A stretch of DNA of 51,967 nucleotides, counting the filler, from Ionaspis alba (taxonomy: Eukaryota), in assembly GCA_964255285.1 (NCBI GenBank). It is 3 parts of 3 records of this genome, joined end to end, with 100 filler letters (N's around TTAATTAATTAA, not from the genome) between each part and the next. Parts side by side here need not be neighbours in the genome. Positions count along the whole stretch, not along the records: positions 1 to 17,333 come from CAXUUL010000322.1; positions 17,434 to 34,668 come from CAXUUL010000324.1; 1 more part is not named here. One strand, written 5' to 3'. Positions 12,901 through 23,516 of the stretch are shown here, one piece after another. Within the stretch, counting starts at the first letter, position 1, and the number at the start of each line of letters is the position of its first letter. Under the pieces are notes generated by a model. The model worked only from the letters and a program-made list of their open reading frames with translations, searched no databases and was not told the origin of the DNA. The translations under genes were made by a program, and so were the position numbers.

Positions 12901-13293
12901 ATGACAGGTCGAGGAGGCTCAGGCCGCAAAGTCCTATTACCTCCCATCAATTTCATCTTCAAGCTCCTTCAACAACATTCGACTGTCTCGATATGGCTAT
13001 ATGAACAATTGGCGATTCGGATAGAGGGAAAGATCAGGGTGAGAATGATCTCCCTCTAAACCTTTGATAATAGCTAAGCAAGTCTGTCACCATTAGGGTT
13101 TCGACGAATTCATGAATCTAGTCATTGATGATGCCGTTGAAGTCAAACAGGCTACGAAGACAGAAGAGGAAAAGCGGAGGTCGTTAGGTATAGAACTTGA
13201 GCTTCAGTAAGTAAGATCACTGGGCTGACGAGTGATGTAGGACAAATATTGCTCAAGGGTGACAACGTGTCACTCATCCAGGCGTTACAATGA
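12901..13293 (+). CDS. SME1: Small nuclear ribonucleoprotein SmE (3 exons: 12901-13038, 13097-13187, 13241-13293)
   Basis: Spliced translation MTGRGGSGRKVLLPPINFIFKLLQQHSTVSIWLYEQLAIRIEGKIR|GFDEFMNLVIDDAVEV...RSLG|QILLKGDNVSLIQALQ* carries Sm1 and Sm2 motifs. Not in the ORF track. Confidence 0.97.
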
Positions 13294-13414
13294 GATTGTG
13301 GATGAACCTACAGAATTGAGTTTGTCGAGGCTAGCTATTGGGATGTAACCAAGACCATTGCCCTGTCAAAATCTCATAAAAAGGGAGGCTTGGAGCATGC
13401 TGTCCCCAAATGGT

Positions 13415-14112
13415 TCAGAGGATTGACCCATCACCAACAATTAAGAGGTCGAGCTGCCAGTCGGTTGATGTGGTAGGAATATCTCTCCCTCGCGGGAGTA
13501 ATTGCTCCTGTAGCGCCAATCCCACTGGATCAACACAATGAGCATTGATACCCATAGTAATCGCGTACACTTACCCAAAAATGGCATTTGGCATTTACCT
13601 GTCCCTTCTTCTCCTGATACCGCCGCGATGTGCATTTCACGGTAGCTATGCAGAAAGGAGTCGTAAAACCCTTTCCCGTGCCCAATTCTCCTTCTCTGTT
13701 CGTCAAAAGCCACGCCTGGCATTAACATCATGTCAAGCGTGGCCTCTGGAATTGCTTCGTGGTCAGCATTTGGATCACTAAGACAACGGCTTCTCCCAGT
13801 CACTGAATCGGGATCCGGGGTTGGTATGCCCCATTTGTCCAGTTTTAGAGATTCATAATCTTCTCTGGATTGCAAAGAAACCATGTCCATAATAGCAGAA
13901 GGTTTTNNNNNNNNNNNNNNNNNNNNNNNNNNNNNNNNNNNNNNNNNNNNNNNNNNNNNNNNNNNNNNNNNNNNNNNNNNNNNNNNNNNNNNNNNNNNNN
14001 NNNNNNTACATTGATTAATCAAATCATCACTAGAGAGTTGTCTGAGCGATTTCAGGACAATCTGGCGGAGATTTGCCTTTGCAGCCCTGATGGCAGCCAT
14101 GCTATCGTCCAT
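13415..14112 (-). CDS. FAU1: 5-formyltetrahydrofolate cyclo-ligase (interrupted by assembly gap 13907-14006)
   Basis: AKANLRQ N-terminus, WGIPTP, and LDMMLMPGVAFDEQRRRIGHGKGFYD signature. Last exon after a GTAAGT intron reads VGLALQEQLL...IPTTSTDWQLDLLIVGDGSIL*. Confidence 0.92.
13907..14006. other. 100-N gap with genuinely missing sequence inside FAU1
   Basis: No flanking duplication, and the middle of the enzyme is absent. Confidence 0.9.
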
Positions 14113-14496
14113 ACTTCTGCATCGAAAGCCCTATATATCGTGCAAAGAACGTGCTTCCGGTTTTCATCCTCTCTCAAACATGTATGGATCACCACTGTGC
14201 CATAAGATGAACGAGGTATTCGTCTAATCTGTAAATATGTGCACTTAGACGCTACCCAATTTCTGTCGAGCTCTGTCATTCGAGGATGGCTTAGTGTTGA
14301 CCTAAATATAGGCAGTGGCGCATGATAAGCAACAGCCCCATCACAATTTATGACGCTGGTTGGCTTCTTTGTTCCCCATCAGCCACGCGTTTCTGCCAAG
14401 ATCGGTAGTCGGAACTGAAGCCCCTGTAACACTCTCAAATCAATCTCCATCCTCCATTGTTCCCAACGTCGTTTTCTCCTTCGAATTACCGTCGCT

Positions 14497-15471
14497 ATGC
14501 TCCTTTTACGACAAATCCTCTTGGTTGCTGGCGCAATACTGGTATCGGTAGCTACTGCACAGGGAGATCCAAGGTTGACAGGAACATGGTCCACCAAGTC
14601 GCGCAAGGTCTTCACCGGACCGGTACGTCTTATTCACAGCTCACTTATCTAAGCTTCAGGTTGAGATGATATGAGTCTTGCACTATACGGTTGTAAGAAA
14701 GAAGCTCATTGACTCCGCAGGGTTTCTACGATCCGGTCAACGAGAAAATGTTCGAGCCAGAACTCACCGGGATATCGTATTCATTCACCGATGATGGACA
14801 CTATGAAGAGGCATACTATCGTGCAATCTCAAATCGTAAGCCGTTTCGTTACGTTAGGTATACTTGAAGGCTAATCTCGTGCTCAGCATCGATGCCTCAA
14901 TGTCCTGAAGGAATCATACAATGGCAGCATGGCACCTTCGCAAAAGCAGCCAATGGCTCTTTGACGCTGACCCCCTTTGGTGTCGATGGTCGACAGCTGT
15001 TGTCAAATCCCTGCCGCTACAAGCAGTCTGTGTATACTCGCTACAACCAGTCCGAGTACTTTCAGGTATGATCACCTGCCATCCCGCTTGTTACACACTC
15101 TCTAAAGTACGTGCGCTGATTTCTCCTGCTCGCAACAGCGATACGAAGTCGTACTTGATGCCTATCACAACGTCCAACGATTGAATCTATTCCAGTTCGA
15201 TGGATCACCCATGAACCCTATGTACCTGGCATACAGACCACCACAGATGCTGCCAACACAAACTCTGAATCCAACAGCTTCAGCAACCGGGACGAGTAGC
15301 GCCAAAGCTACAAGCAAAGCGAAACGCAACTTCGACGAGCCCAGCGAGTTCCAAGAATCCCTGAATGCAGGAGCACTTCTACCAAGAGAGAAGCAGACCA
15401 ACCCCGACAAATGGTGGTGGTTCGGGCTGGCTATGACTGCCATTGGCGGGGTCGGCTACCTCTGTTTTTGA
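14497..15471 (+). CDS. ROT1: ER membrane chaperone Rot1 (4 exons)
   Basis: Signal peptide, then [55 protein letters not shown]...IIQWQHG...[10 protein letters not shown]...|...[24 protein letters not shown] and a C-terminal TM segment [19 protein letters not shown]. Confidence 0.95.
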
Positions 15472-17096
15472 TGGGTCCTGGGGAATTCTATATCTCATTG
15501 TCGTATACCAGTTCCGAGTCGGCACTTTCTGGGGGCATTGGTTTGGGCGTTGACGCTGAAAACTGGGAAATACCACGTCGTGCGTCTTTACAATGACAAC
15601 TATATAGATGTATATATTCACGTTCGATTTTGTTCTGTCAGCGAATACAATACTGTGATAGATGATAGGTTGCTTGTAGTTACAGCCCACTTCAAGACTG
15701 TGCATCTGCTACAAACTTATTGGTTATGTCTACCACTCCATCTGACCACGACAGATGCCCTCACTCCTATAGCTCTGTGTCCTTCAAGTCACCGCCACCT
15801 GACCAATGCTACTATGGGTCGAGATATCCCATCCAGCGTATCAATCGCACAGCGCCATAAGTTGGGGCACAGACAGAACTTTTGGCCTAGGGTTGTGAAA
15901 TTTTCTAATCCTGTACCCTTGTTGGGCTGTCTCTCCGTAGCTAGGAATATGACGGTCGGCACCTTCGCCTGCTCAGGTTCCAAGGTAGGTCCAAGGAGAA
16001 GGACCAGCTAGATCTGCACATTTATGCTCTTGTGCCTTCGATCGTGGACAACCATTGTCATACAAATAGCTTCAAGTCGCGTCGCATATCCTTCCATCAA
16101 AGCTTTGCGAAATTGTATGAAAATCTTGACAAGGGCAATAGTCATCGTAGGTGAGCTCTGGCAAAGGCGGCTTATTCTTTGTCGAGTACCCTTACACGGG
16201 GCAGACCCTGGCGCAACTTCTCTTTGTCCTGATCTGTAGGCACCATGTCGAGCTGTTTCTCCGCTTGATCCGTGACTAGTAGGCCAATACCTGCCCAGGC
16301 AAATAGACCAAGTCCAAGCAACAGACGACTACGGCGGGAGAGAGATTTATAAGCCCTGCGGAGGTTAGTCTAGTAAGCCAAAAAAGCGGGGTATGAAGTC
16401 AGAGAAGGAGTGCCAAAAACCGATCAGGGAATGGGGATATGAGAACAAATGACTTACTGCCAGAGGGACATATTTGAGGCGGTGACAGCGAGATGATGAG
16501 TGAATCGCAATATTTAAAATAGCCCCTTCCAAGGTGGATCTCACGAGCGCGGTTACCGCGCTTCAGTGAGGTGACTTATCCTTTTCCAAAAGACCCTCGG
16601 CTGTCTATCAAAACCACGACGGATTATGAGATCTATCGATCCTTGACCAACAAGTGACTATTGGATAGTAATCCATCATCATGCGAGAGAGTTGTCACAA
16701 TATCTTCGATTATATTCATGCAATCAAGCAGCACTGTCCCAGTCTCCACTGATATATGACGGAAACCTTCGGATCTTTGGGGCCCGGGTAGGAATCACTG
16801 AAGCATTTGTGGACGTTGAGAAGGATGGGACGGTGATAGAAATGTTGAAAGACCGCAATCAAGCACGGCTACTTCGGCGTCATTGTGCAATTGTGAGAGG
16901 ATAATGCCACCAAAGACACAGAATTCAACAAAGACCAATGTGCTTGTTGAACAGTCATTTATCTTCCTTTATTGTGCCTCGACGACCTCCAGACTAGAAG
17001 TAGTACCCGAGACTTTTAAGTCTCATCTACTTTTTTCATCTTCCTCGTTGCCACTGATCACTACCTCACCAGAAGCACCTTAAACCTCAAAACATC

Positions 17097-17297
17097 ATGT
17101 GCACAGAAGGCTCAACCTACTTCCGCTGCGGCTGCTGGGCTAGCCACAGCCCCAGCAATTGCGGGAACCCCACTTGCAAGACGATCACGATGCGTAACAC
17201 CACACTCCGTCAGAACTGCGAGCAACATACCCTGAAAGCTGAATGGGAATGGGCCGCGGCGAAGAAGAATGCCCGCCAAGGAAAACTGGGCCAGTAG
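17097..17297 (+). CDS. Small Cys-rich hypothetical protein (66 aa)
   Basis: ATG in good context (AACATCATG) after a pyrimidine-rich leader. Six Cys in the pattern MC-x8-CGC-x8-C-x4-C-x13-C-x2-H. Confidence 0.55.
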   Translation: MCTEGSTYFRCGCWASHSPSNCGNPTCKTITMRNTTLRQNCEQHTLKAEWEWAAAKKNARQGKLGQ

Positions 17298-17333
17298 GTG
17301 AGTTGGACAGTTACCATCAAATATCAGTTTCCT

Positions 17334-17433
17334 NNNNNNNNNNNNNNNNNNNNNNNNNNNNNNNNNNNNNNNNNNNNTTAATTAATTAANNNNNNNNNNN
17401 NNNNNNNNNNNNNNNNNNNNNNNNNNNNNNNNN
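17334..17433. other. Assembly linker: 44 N + TTAATTAATTAA + 44 N
   Basis: 12-mer at 17378-17389 gives stops in all six frames and sits centrally in a 100-nt gap. An identical structure occurs at 34669-34768. Confidence 0.95.
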
Positions 17434-17792
17434 AAACGGCTTACATCGCGTGCTGAATCGCTAAAGTGACGACATGCCTCGCTTCTGACTCCGCATCTGG
17501 GCAAGACCAGCTTGGAAGAAGCCCTAGAAGCATTTTGGCAGTTCGGAGTAAGCCAAAGAGGGATTAAGCAGCACACTCGCTACCAGTTGACCAAGCAAAC
17601 GTTCACTTGATGGCGTTGTTCAATACTAGGCCGACCCCACTTCTTACCGACTCGGACTAAAGCACGTGGTACGACGAGAGACGGGATGAGAGTGAAAGTC
17701 TCGATATATGTCTTCTGAGATGCCTCAACTCGCAGCTTCTGTTGCTACATGCAGCTGTCGGAATAGCCCATCTGAACATCGTAACTGACAAA

Positions 17793-19790
17793 ATGGCGCT
17801 TCCACGCGAGGAAAAAGAGATGGCCTACTCCCCGACGAAAAGCAGTATCGACCACTCATACCACGCGCACGTCGAGCATGCGCCAGCCGTAGGACGCGAC
17901 CACATCGCTGATACCATCCCGCCGCATGAATCGTATGAGGGTTTCCATCGCTATGATCCGAAGGCGACGTGGACGCCGGAGGAGGAAGCGAAGTTGGTGC
18001 GCAAGACGGATTTGTACCTTTTGAGTTGGATATGTTTGATGGTACATTGAGCTTCCTGTCGTTTGTCTTGGGTTGATATGCTGAGATGGTCGAATATAGT
18101 TCTTCGGACTGCAGCTTGATCGCGGCAATTTGTCGAATGCGTTGACGGATAATTTGCTTACGGATTTGCATTTGACTTCTGATGATTATAATAATGTATG
18201 AATCTACGTGTGCTATGATTTGTACAGCTTCCGCTGATCCCTCTGGAGGGAACGACCATCCAGCTATTGTGTTTCTTGAGCGCAGAGTTCCCTGTTCAAC
18301 TTCTTATCAAGCGCTTTGGCTTCAAGCAGATTCTGCCTCTAATGATGATGTTATGGGGGACTGTCTGTTCGTCTGTTCTCCACCAACCCACGGAACAGAT
18401 ACTGATGCTGTTCTAGCATGGGCACAAGCTTGGATCAACGGACGCACATCCTTCTATATCACCCGAGCACTGATCGGTGCTTGTGAGGGCGGCTTCATCC
18501 CTGGGACTATCTTATTCACAACCTATTTCTACAAGTCGAGAGAACTATCCGTTAGATTGGCTGCCTTCTGGTCTACCCTAAACGTACGCTCTTTTCCTGG
18601 TTTCGTCATACCATGTGAGGCTAGTTGCTTACATGTACAGGTTGCAAGAGTCATTTCGTCCTTACTCGCGGCAGGAATCCTTCAGATGCGTGGTGTCCAC
18701 GGAAAATCTGGATGGTTCTGGCTCTTCCTACTCGAGGGTCTTCTCACTTTTGCCATTGGCTTAGCGGTGAGAGCCGCCCTGTTCGTATTTCGTGCCTGAG
18801 GAGCTGAACGAATTTTCCGTGATAGAGCTATTTCTATCTCCCATATTCGCCCACACGGACCAAAGGCTTCTTCTGGCGAAAGCCATGGTACACCGAACGT
18901 CAAGAAGTCATCATGATCAACGTGGGCAATCTTCCAATCTGTGCTTCCTCCTCGCTCGCTAACCAGCCGTAGCGACTCCTCCGCGACGATCCTGCTAAGG
19001 GTCTCACGGCGCTCAAAGAGCCGGCCAGACTCCGAGACATCGTCAACGCATGGAAAGACAGCTCGATGTGGGGCCTCTACCTCATCGGTCTCATCGCTTA
19101 CATACCGGCGACACCGGTTCAAGGCTACCTTTCTTTGACACTCAAGCGAATCGGCTTTTCGACCTTCGACAGTAACATGCTTTCCATCCCCTCCGCCGTA
19201 CTGCAGATTATCCTCATGCTCTCCTTGGCCTACAGCAGCGAGTACTTCAACGAACGGACATTCCATTGTATCTTTGGCGAGTTTTGGGTTCTCCCGCTGC
19301 TGGCAGCTCTTCTGGCGTTACCTGCTGGTGGGTATAACTGGGGACGATTCGCTATCACTACTATGATTTCTGGATGTGAGAAATCTTACCTCATTCTATT
19401 CTTCCTGCAGAAGCTAACTCAAATCTAGATCCCTATTTCCACCCCATCGTCTCCGCATGGATAAGCGAGAACTCTTTTGACGTCAAGAAGCGAGCTGTTA
19501 CCGCCGCTAACTACAACGTCATCGTACAAATCGGTTCTGTTATTGGATCACAGATTTACCGTGCATACGATGCTCCCTACTACTATACAGGCAACAAAGT
19601 CCTTATCTCCATCTGCGCTCTCACACTCGTTGTGTTCATATCGCAGAGGCAGTATCTCGTTTACTTGAATCATAAGAAAGCGAAGGTCTGGGACTCGATG
19701 ACTGTTGAAGAGAGATCGAGGTACCAGGATGAGACCGGGGCAAGGGAGAAGGAAGGAAATCGAAGGCTGGACTTTCGGTTCAAGTACTGA
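17793..19790 (+). CDS. MFS transporter, anion:cation symporter / Dal5 allantoate-permease family (multi-exon)
   Basis: Spliced: WTPEEEAKLVRKTDLYLLSWICLM|FFGLQLDRGNLSNALTDN...RALIGACEGGFIPG...GWFWLFLLEGLLT...LLRDDPAKG...YPYFHPIVSAWISENS...RRLDFRFKY* (stop 19788-19790). Resembles the YIL166C/Soa1-type subgroup from memory; substrate not determinable. Confidence 0.9.
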
Positions 19791-20159
19791 AAGGCGGGCG
19801 CTGGTGGCTTGGTAGGTTCTAGTATGTAACTCATTTTTGAATTCATTCGATACAAGGTGACAATCTCTTGGAGCTCAAAGATGTGAATCTAGTGGGCGAG
19901 AGGATCTTTCTGGCCACGAAGTGGCGGACCTCGGAAGGCTTGCGTCAGAGTGTTTACTGTACTTGCATGCTTCACAGAGTATCGCTCACGAGAACGAAGC
20001 TTCACTCTTCTGACTGACTTCTTAAATAGGTAGATATATTTTAAGCGACTCACCAAGCATCTTCTCCACTTATCATAGACTTTTTGACTGCTTGCGGACC
20101 ATATCTCCCAAGCTCTAACTCATTGTCTTCTGGCTTGGGCGAGTAATTTTCAGTCTGTC

Positions 20160-21023
20160 ATGGCAAGTACATTTCCGCTCATGAAGCTTCCCTCTGAACT
20201 CCGCCTGGAAATCTACAAGTACGCCTTGCGGAAGCATCAGTCAATCATTCCGTCGATCCAGCGACAAGTGTCGCACCATCCAGATAGTTCAGAAAATACC
20301 ACCGCACTTTTACGGGTCAATAAAATAGTATACCACGAAGCCAGGTTCCTGTTCTATACCAATAACCATTTTCACCTCGTCATCCCCTTGTTACAGCGAA
20401 GAGATATCAAAAATTCGATCCTGATTACATCGTCCAGGACAGTCTCCAACTTCCCAGTTCCTTCAGTCTATATTCCATTCTTGCAGCGTCTCAGTCTACT
20501 TTTCCCCCTATATGGCGACTTTTCCAGCAGTGATGCATACGTGCCCTTCATCTTCATCCCAGAGAGTGTAGAAGTTATCTCGGACTTGCAGATCATCCGT
20601 CACTTGGCCTACCACAACGCCAATTTGAGTTTCCTATCAATCACAGTGCAAAGTACAATGACCAACTGGGTCGAACCTTGGGTTTCAAGACCGAGAGTGG
20701 CGATTCAGGAATTGAGCCGCAGCAGAAGTAAGCGGAAAACCCTGACAGAACTGAAGGGTCTTCGCACGTTCCATCTCTGGTATGAGCTATACTGTAACAG
20801 AGCTTCTAGAGCAGAGGTGTGGGACGGTCCTTCAGAAGAAGATCTGGAGATGAGGGGCGAGGAGACGGACTTCATGTGGGGATCCGCAGATGACAGTACG
20901 GTGGCAGAGGTGAGAAGTCAAGGCTGGGACCAGGTGAAGAAGGTTTACTACGGGTATAAAAGGGGCAATGGTCCTGGTGGTGGACACTTCGCTGCTAACG
21001 GGGTCGGACTCTGGTTTGGCTAG
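20160..21023 (+). CDS. F-box-like hypothetical protein 1
   Basis: 287-aa ORF with N-terminal FPLMKLPSELRLEIYKYAL and downstream ALLRVNKIVYHEARFLFYTNNHF, a motif pair common in fungal F-box-like proteins. Confidence 0.7.
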   Translation: MASTFPLMKLPSELRLEIYKYALRKHQSIIPSIQRQVSHHPDSSENTTALLRVNKIVYHEARFLFYTNNHFHLVIPLLQRRDIKNSILITSSRTVSNFPVPSVYIPFLQRLSLLFPLYGDFSSSDAYVPFIFIPESVEVISDLQIIRHLAYHNANLSFLSITVQSTMTNWVEPWVSRPRVAIQELSRSRSKRKTLTELKGLRTFHLWYELYCNRASRAEVWDGPSEEDLEMRGEETDFMWGSADDSTVAEVRSQGWDQVKKVYYGYKRGNGPGGGHFAANGVGLWFG

Positions 21024-21505
21024 AACAAGGGGCTACCAAGAATGCAGTTAGAAAGGATGCGTATGGGGACGCGAGCTGGTGAATATCGACTACGCACAAG
21101 TTATACGTGCAATCAATTGTGTTCTTCACATCCTGCCTGAATGAATGGGCGAGCTTGATGACAGACTCGACGTAGAACATAGTATAGCCCAAGCAAGGGC
21201 TAGGCTCCATGATCTAAGACTTTTGGAGTGAGGCAGCTCAGGCCAATTGGTTTCATCCATGAAGAACTCTAGTTCCAGACATGCTACGTGCAGAAGCACG
21301 GAGATTCTGGAGAGTGTTGAAGATCACATGACTAAACCGATATCGGGAGACGACTAGGTTACGGCACAGCAGCTGTTGCCTAGTCTAGATCTCTTTTATC
21401 GAGCTTTCATCGATTAGCAAGAATATACACGGTCTGTTCTCCCGGTACAGGACAGTCATACTCTTCCTATGCAGCTATACTCTGTTTACTGTTATCCAAT
21501 ACACC

Positions 21506-22563
21506 ATGCCTGACCCACCTACTCTATTAACAGTCCCCCTCGAAATTCGCCTCCAAATCTACACCCATGTCCTCACCAGCCCTTACCGTCTCATNNNNNN
21601 NNNNNNNNNNNNNNNNNNNNNNNNNNNNNNNNNNNNNNNNNNNNNNNNNNNNNNNNNNNNNNNNNNNNNNNNNNNNNNNNNNNNNNNNNNNNNNTCGAAA
21701 TTCGCCTCCAAATCTACACCCATGTCCTCACCAGCCCTTACCGTCTCATCCCCCGAGACCAGGACGCCGAGCTCGCACATCCCGAATTGAAAGTCGCCTT
21801 CCCCACCAGCCTTTTACAAACCAGCAAACAAGTCTACCAAGAAGCATGTCCGCTTTTCTACGCCCTCAACCAGTTCCACCTCACCTGCAACGTAGGACAG
21901 CTCCACGTCCCGAATGTCAGCACCATCAACCCAGCCACTATACACACTCTCCCATTTCCTAAAGAGCACGTACCTTCCCTCCGCCGCCTCAGCATCCAGA
22001 TCAGCTCCTCGCACTACTGGCCTGATCCGCCTCCTCCAGGCCGCGAACTCCATGAGTCCGAAATCGTAGTCCAGCGGGCTGAAATGGCCAAGCTCATAGA
22101 ATTCATCTCGCTCTTAGCAGCCGCGCAGGCTACACTGGCAGTTCTGTCGGTGACGATGCAGAGGACTGCGGTGATTTACTCTATTTCATGGACTAGTGGA
22201 CCGAGCGAGCTGCTACGAGATAGAGATCCGGAGGGGAAGATACTAGACGCGGTGGGAATGTTGAAGGGCCTTGGAAGGCTGGAGATCTGGAAGGAGAGGT
22301 CTTCGTCTATAATGACGTGGAACGGGCTGGGGAACGGTAGGTGGGAGAGTGCGGGAGAGAAGGAGGTAGAGACTGTGGGAGGGATGGGGTGGAAGGGGGT
22401 GAGGGAAGTGCAGTTTGGGAGAAGGAGGCATGAAAGACTCCATACAGCTTCGGGGGTGGCTGAAGGGGTTGCGATATGTTTCCAGGAGGCGAGGGGGATG
22501 TGGGAGATTCTCCAGCCCGGGGAAATGGTTTTGGTGGATGGGCTGTGGGCCCTCGTGAAGTGA
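21506..22563 (+). CDS. F-box-like hypothetical protein 2 (continuous ORF once the false gap is collapsed)
   Basis: MPDPPTLLTVPLEIRLQIYTHVL... Removing the 55-bp duplicate plus 100 N joins in frame to PRDQDAELAHPELKVAFPTSLLQTSKQVYQEACPLFYALNQF. Confidence 0.7.
21540..21749. repeat. 55-bp direct duplication flanking a 100-N gap (assembly artefact)
   Basis: 21540-21594 is identical to 21695-21749. Confidence 0.95.
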
Positions 22564-22919
22564 GGGTGCTGGAGACGATGTAGGATTTTTCAAAGCACAA
22601 GGGCCGTAGGCCCAACTAGAAGTTGCAGGCGCGAGATATGAAACAAGCCAGCTGGAAAGATATGACGAGCTGAGTAGGGTCGAGCGTTCAGGAAACAGAC
22701 TCGAAGGATGGTGTCTATAACATGAAGGTATATGTGGAATGGGAAAGAAAGCGATTTTAGTTAAATTCGGAAATATTCTCAATGCATCGAAAGCAGCAGA
22801 GAGTGTAATTCATGCCATGTAAGAAGATTATACGTTCTAGTTCATTCATAGTCGGAAGAGCCTTGAGCATTTAACGTAATTTCAAGCCCTGGAGGTTTCA
22901 TACTCCCAAGCCTTGCGAA

Positions 22920-23516
22920 ATGGATACTGTTCCTGGTAAATCAGCTTTCCGCCTCTTGGCCCTCCCAGCCGAGCTTCGAGCTCTCGTCTTCCAACATTCT
23001 CTCCTAAGACAGACACAGTCGATGCGCATATGCTCGATATGCAGCATTGCCAGACCGGTGGAAAGAAAGCTGCATCCTGTAGACCATGTCGAGCCGCATT
23101 TCCTTGCCCTGCTGCTGGTTTGCAAGCAGCTCTACCAAGAGGCCATGTCTATCTTCTATGGGCACAACAAAGTCCCGGCAGCAAGATCTGAGCCATTGGC
23201 ATTTTCCCTAAGGGCAATCGGTTCGAAGAGGCGAGCCAACATTCGAAACCTGAAATGCGCCATCGGACTCACTCATTTCTCCCTTCCATGCCTAAAATAT
23301 CTTGAGACATGCGCAGCACTTCGACATCTGGAGATTCAAGCATTTTCGACCTCGTTAGATCAACAGAAAAATGCGGGTACATTTGACCATCTCCATGTTT
23401 ATGGAAGGGGGTTTGTGGTCCAGTATGGAGAGATCCATATTGTTTCGCGCTCAGAAGCTCGTCGTGCGGCCTTCGAGGGTGAGCGAGACGTTGCTGGAGG
23501 TCGGAGGGTTTTATGA
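22920..23516 (+). CDS. F-box-like hypothetical protein 3 (possibly truncated by a premature TGA; frame stays open to 23639)
   Basis: FRLLALPAELRALVFQHSLL...LALLLVCKQLYQEAMSIFYGHN...AIGSKRRANIRNL: same motif architecture as the two upstream genes. Confidence 0.6.
   Translation: MDTVPGKSAFRLLALPAELRALVFQHSLLRQTQSMRICSICSIARPVERKLHPVDHVEPHFLALLLVCKQLYQEAMSIFYGHNKVPAARSEPLAFSLRAIGSKRRANIRNLKCAIGLTHFSLPCLKYLETCAALRHLEIQAFSTSLDQQKNAGTFDHLHVYGRGFVVQYGEIHIVSRSEARRAAFEGERDVAGGRRVL

Noticed and set aside
15538..17083. ORFs in the ROT1 downstream intergenic region
   Set aside because: Mostly non-ATG starts, no domains and no coherent splice chain.
17378..17389. TTAATTAATTAA as a biological motif (e.g. 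TTAA transposon site)
   Set aside because: Centred between two runs of 44 N, twice. It is a synthetic six-frame stop linker.
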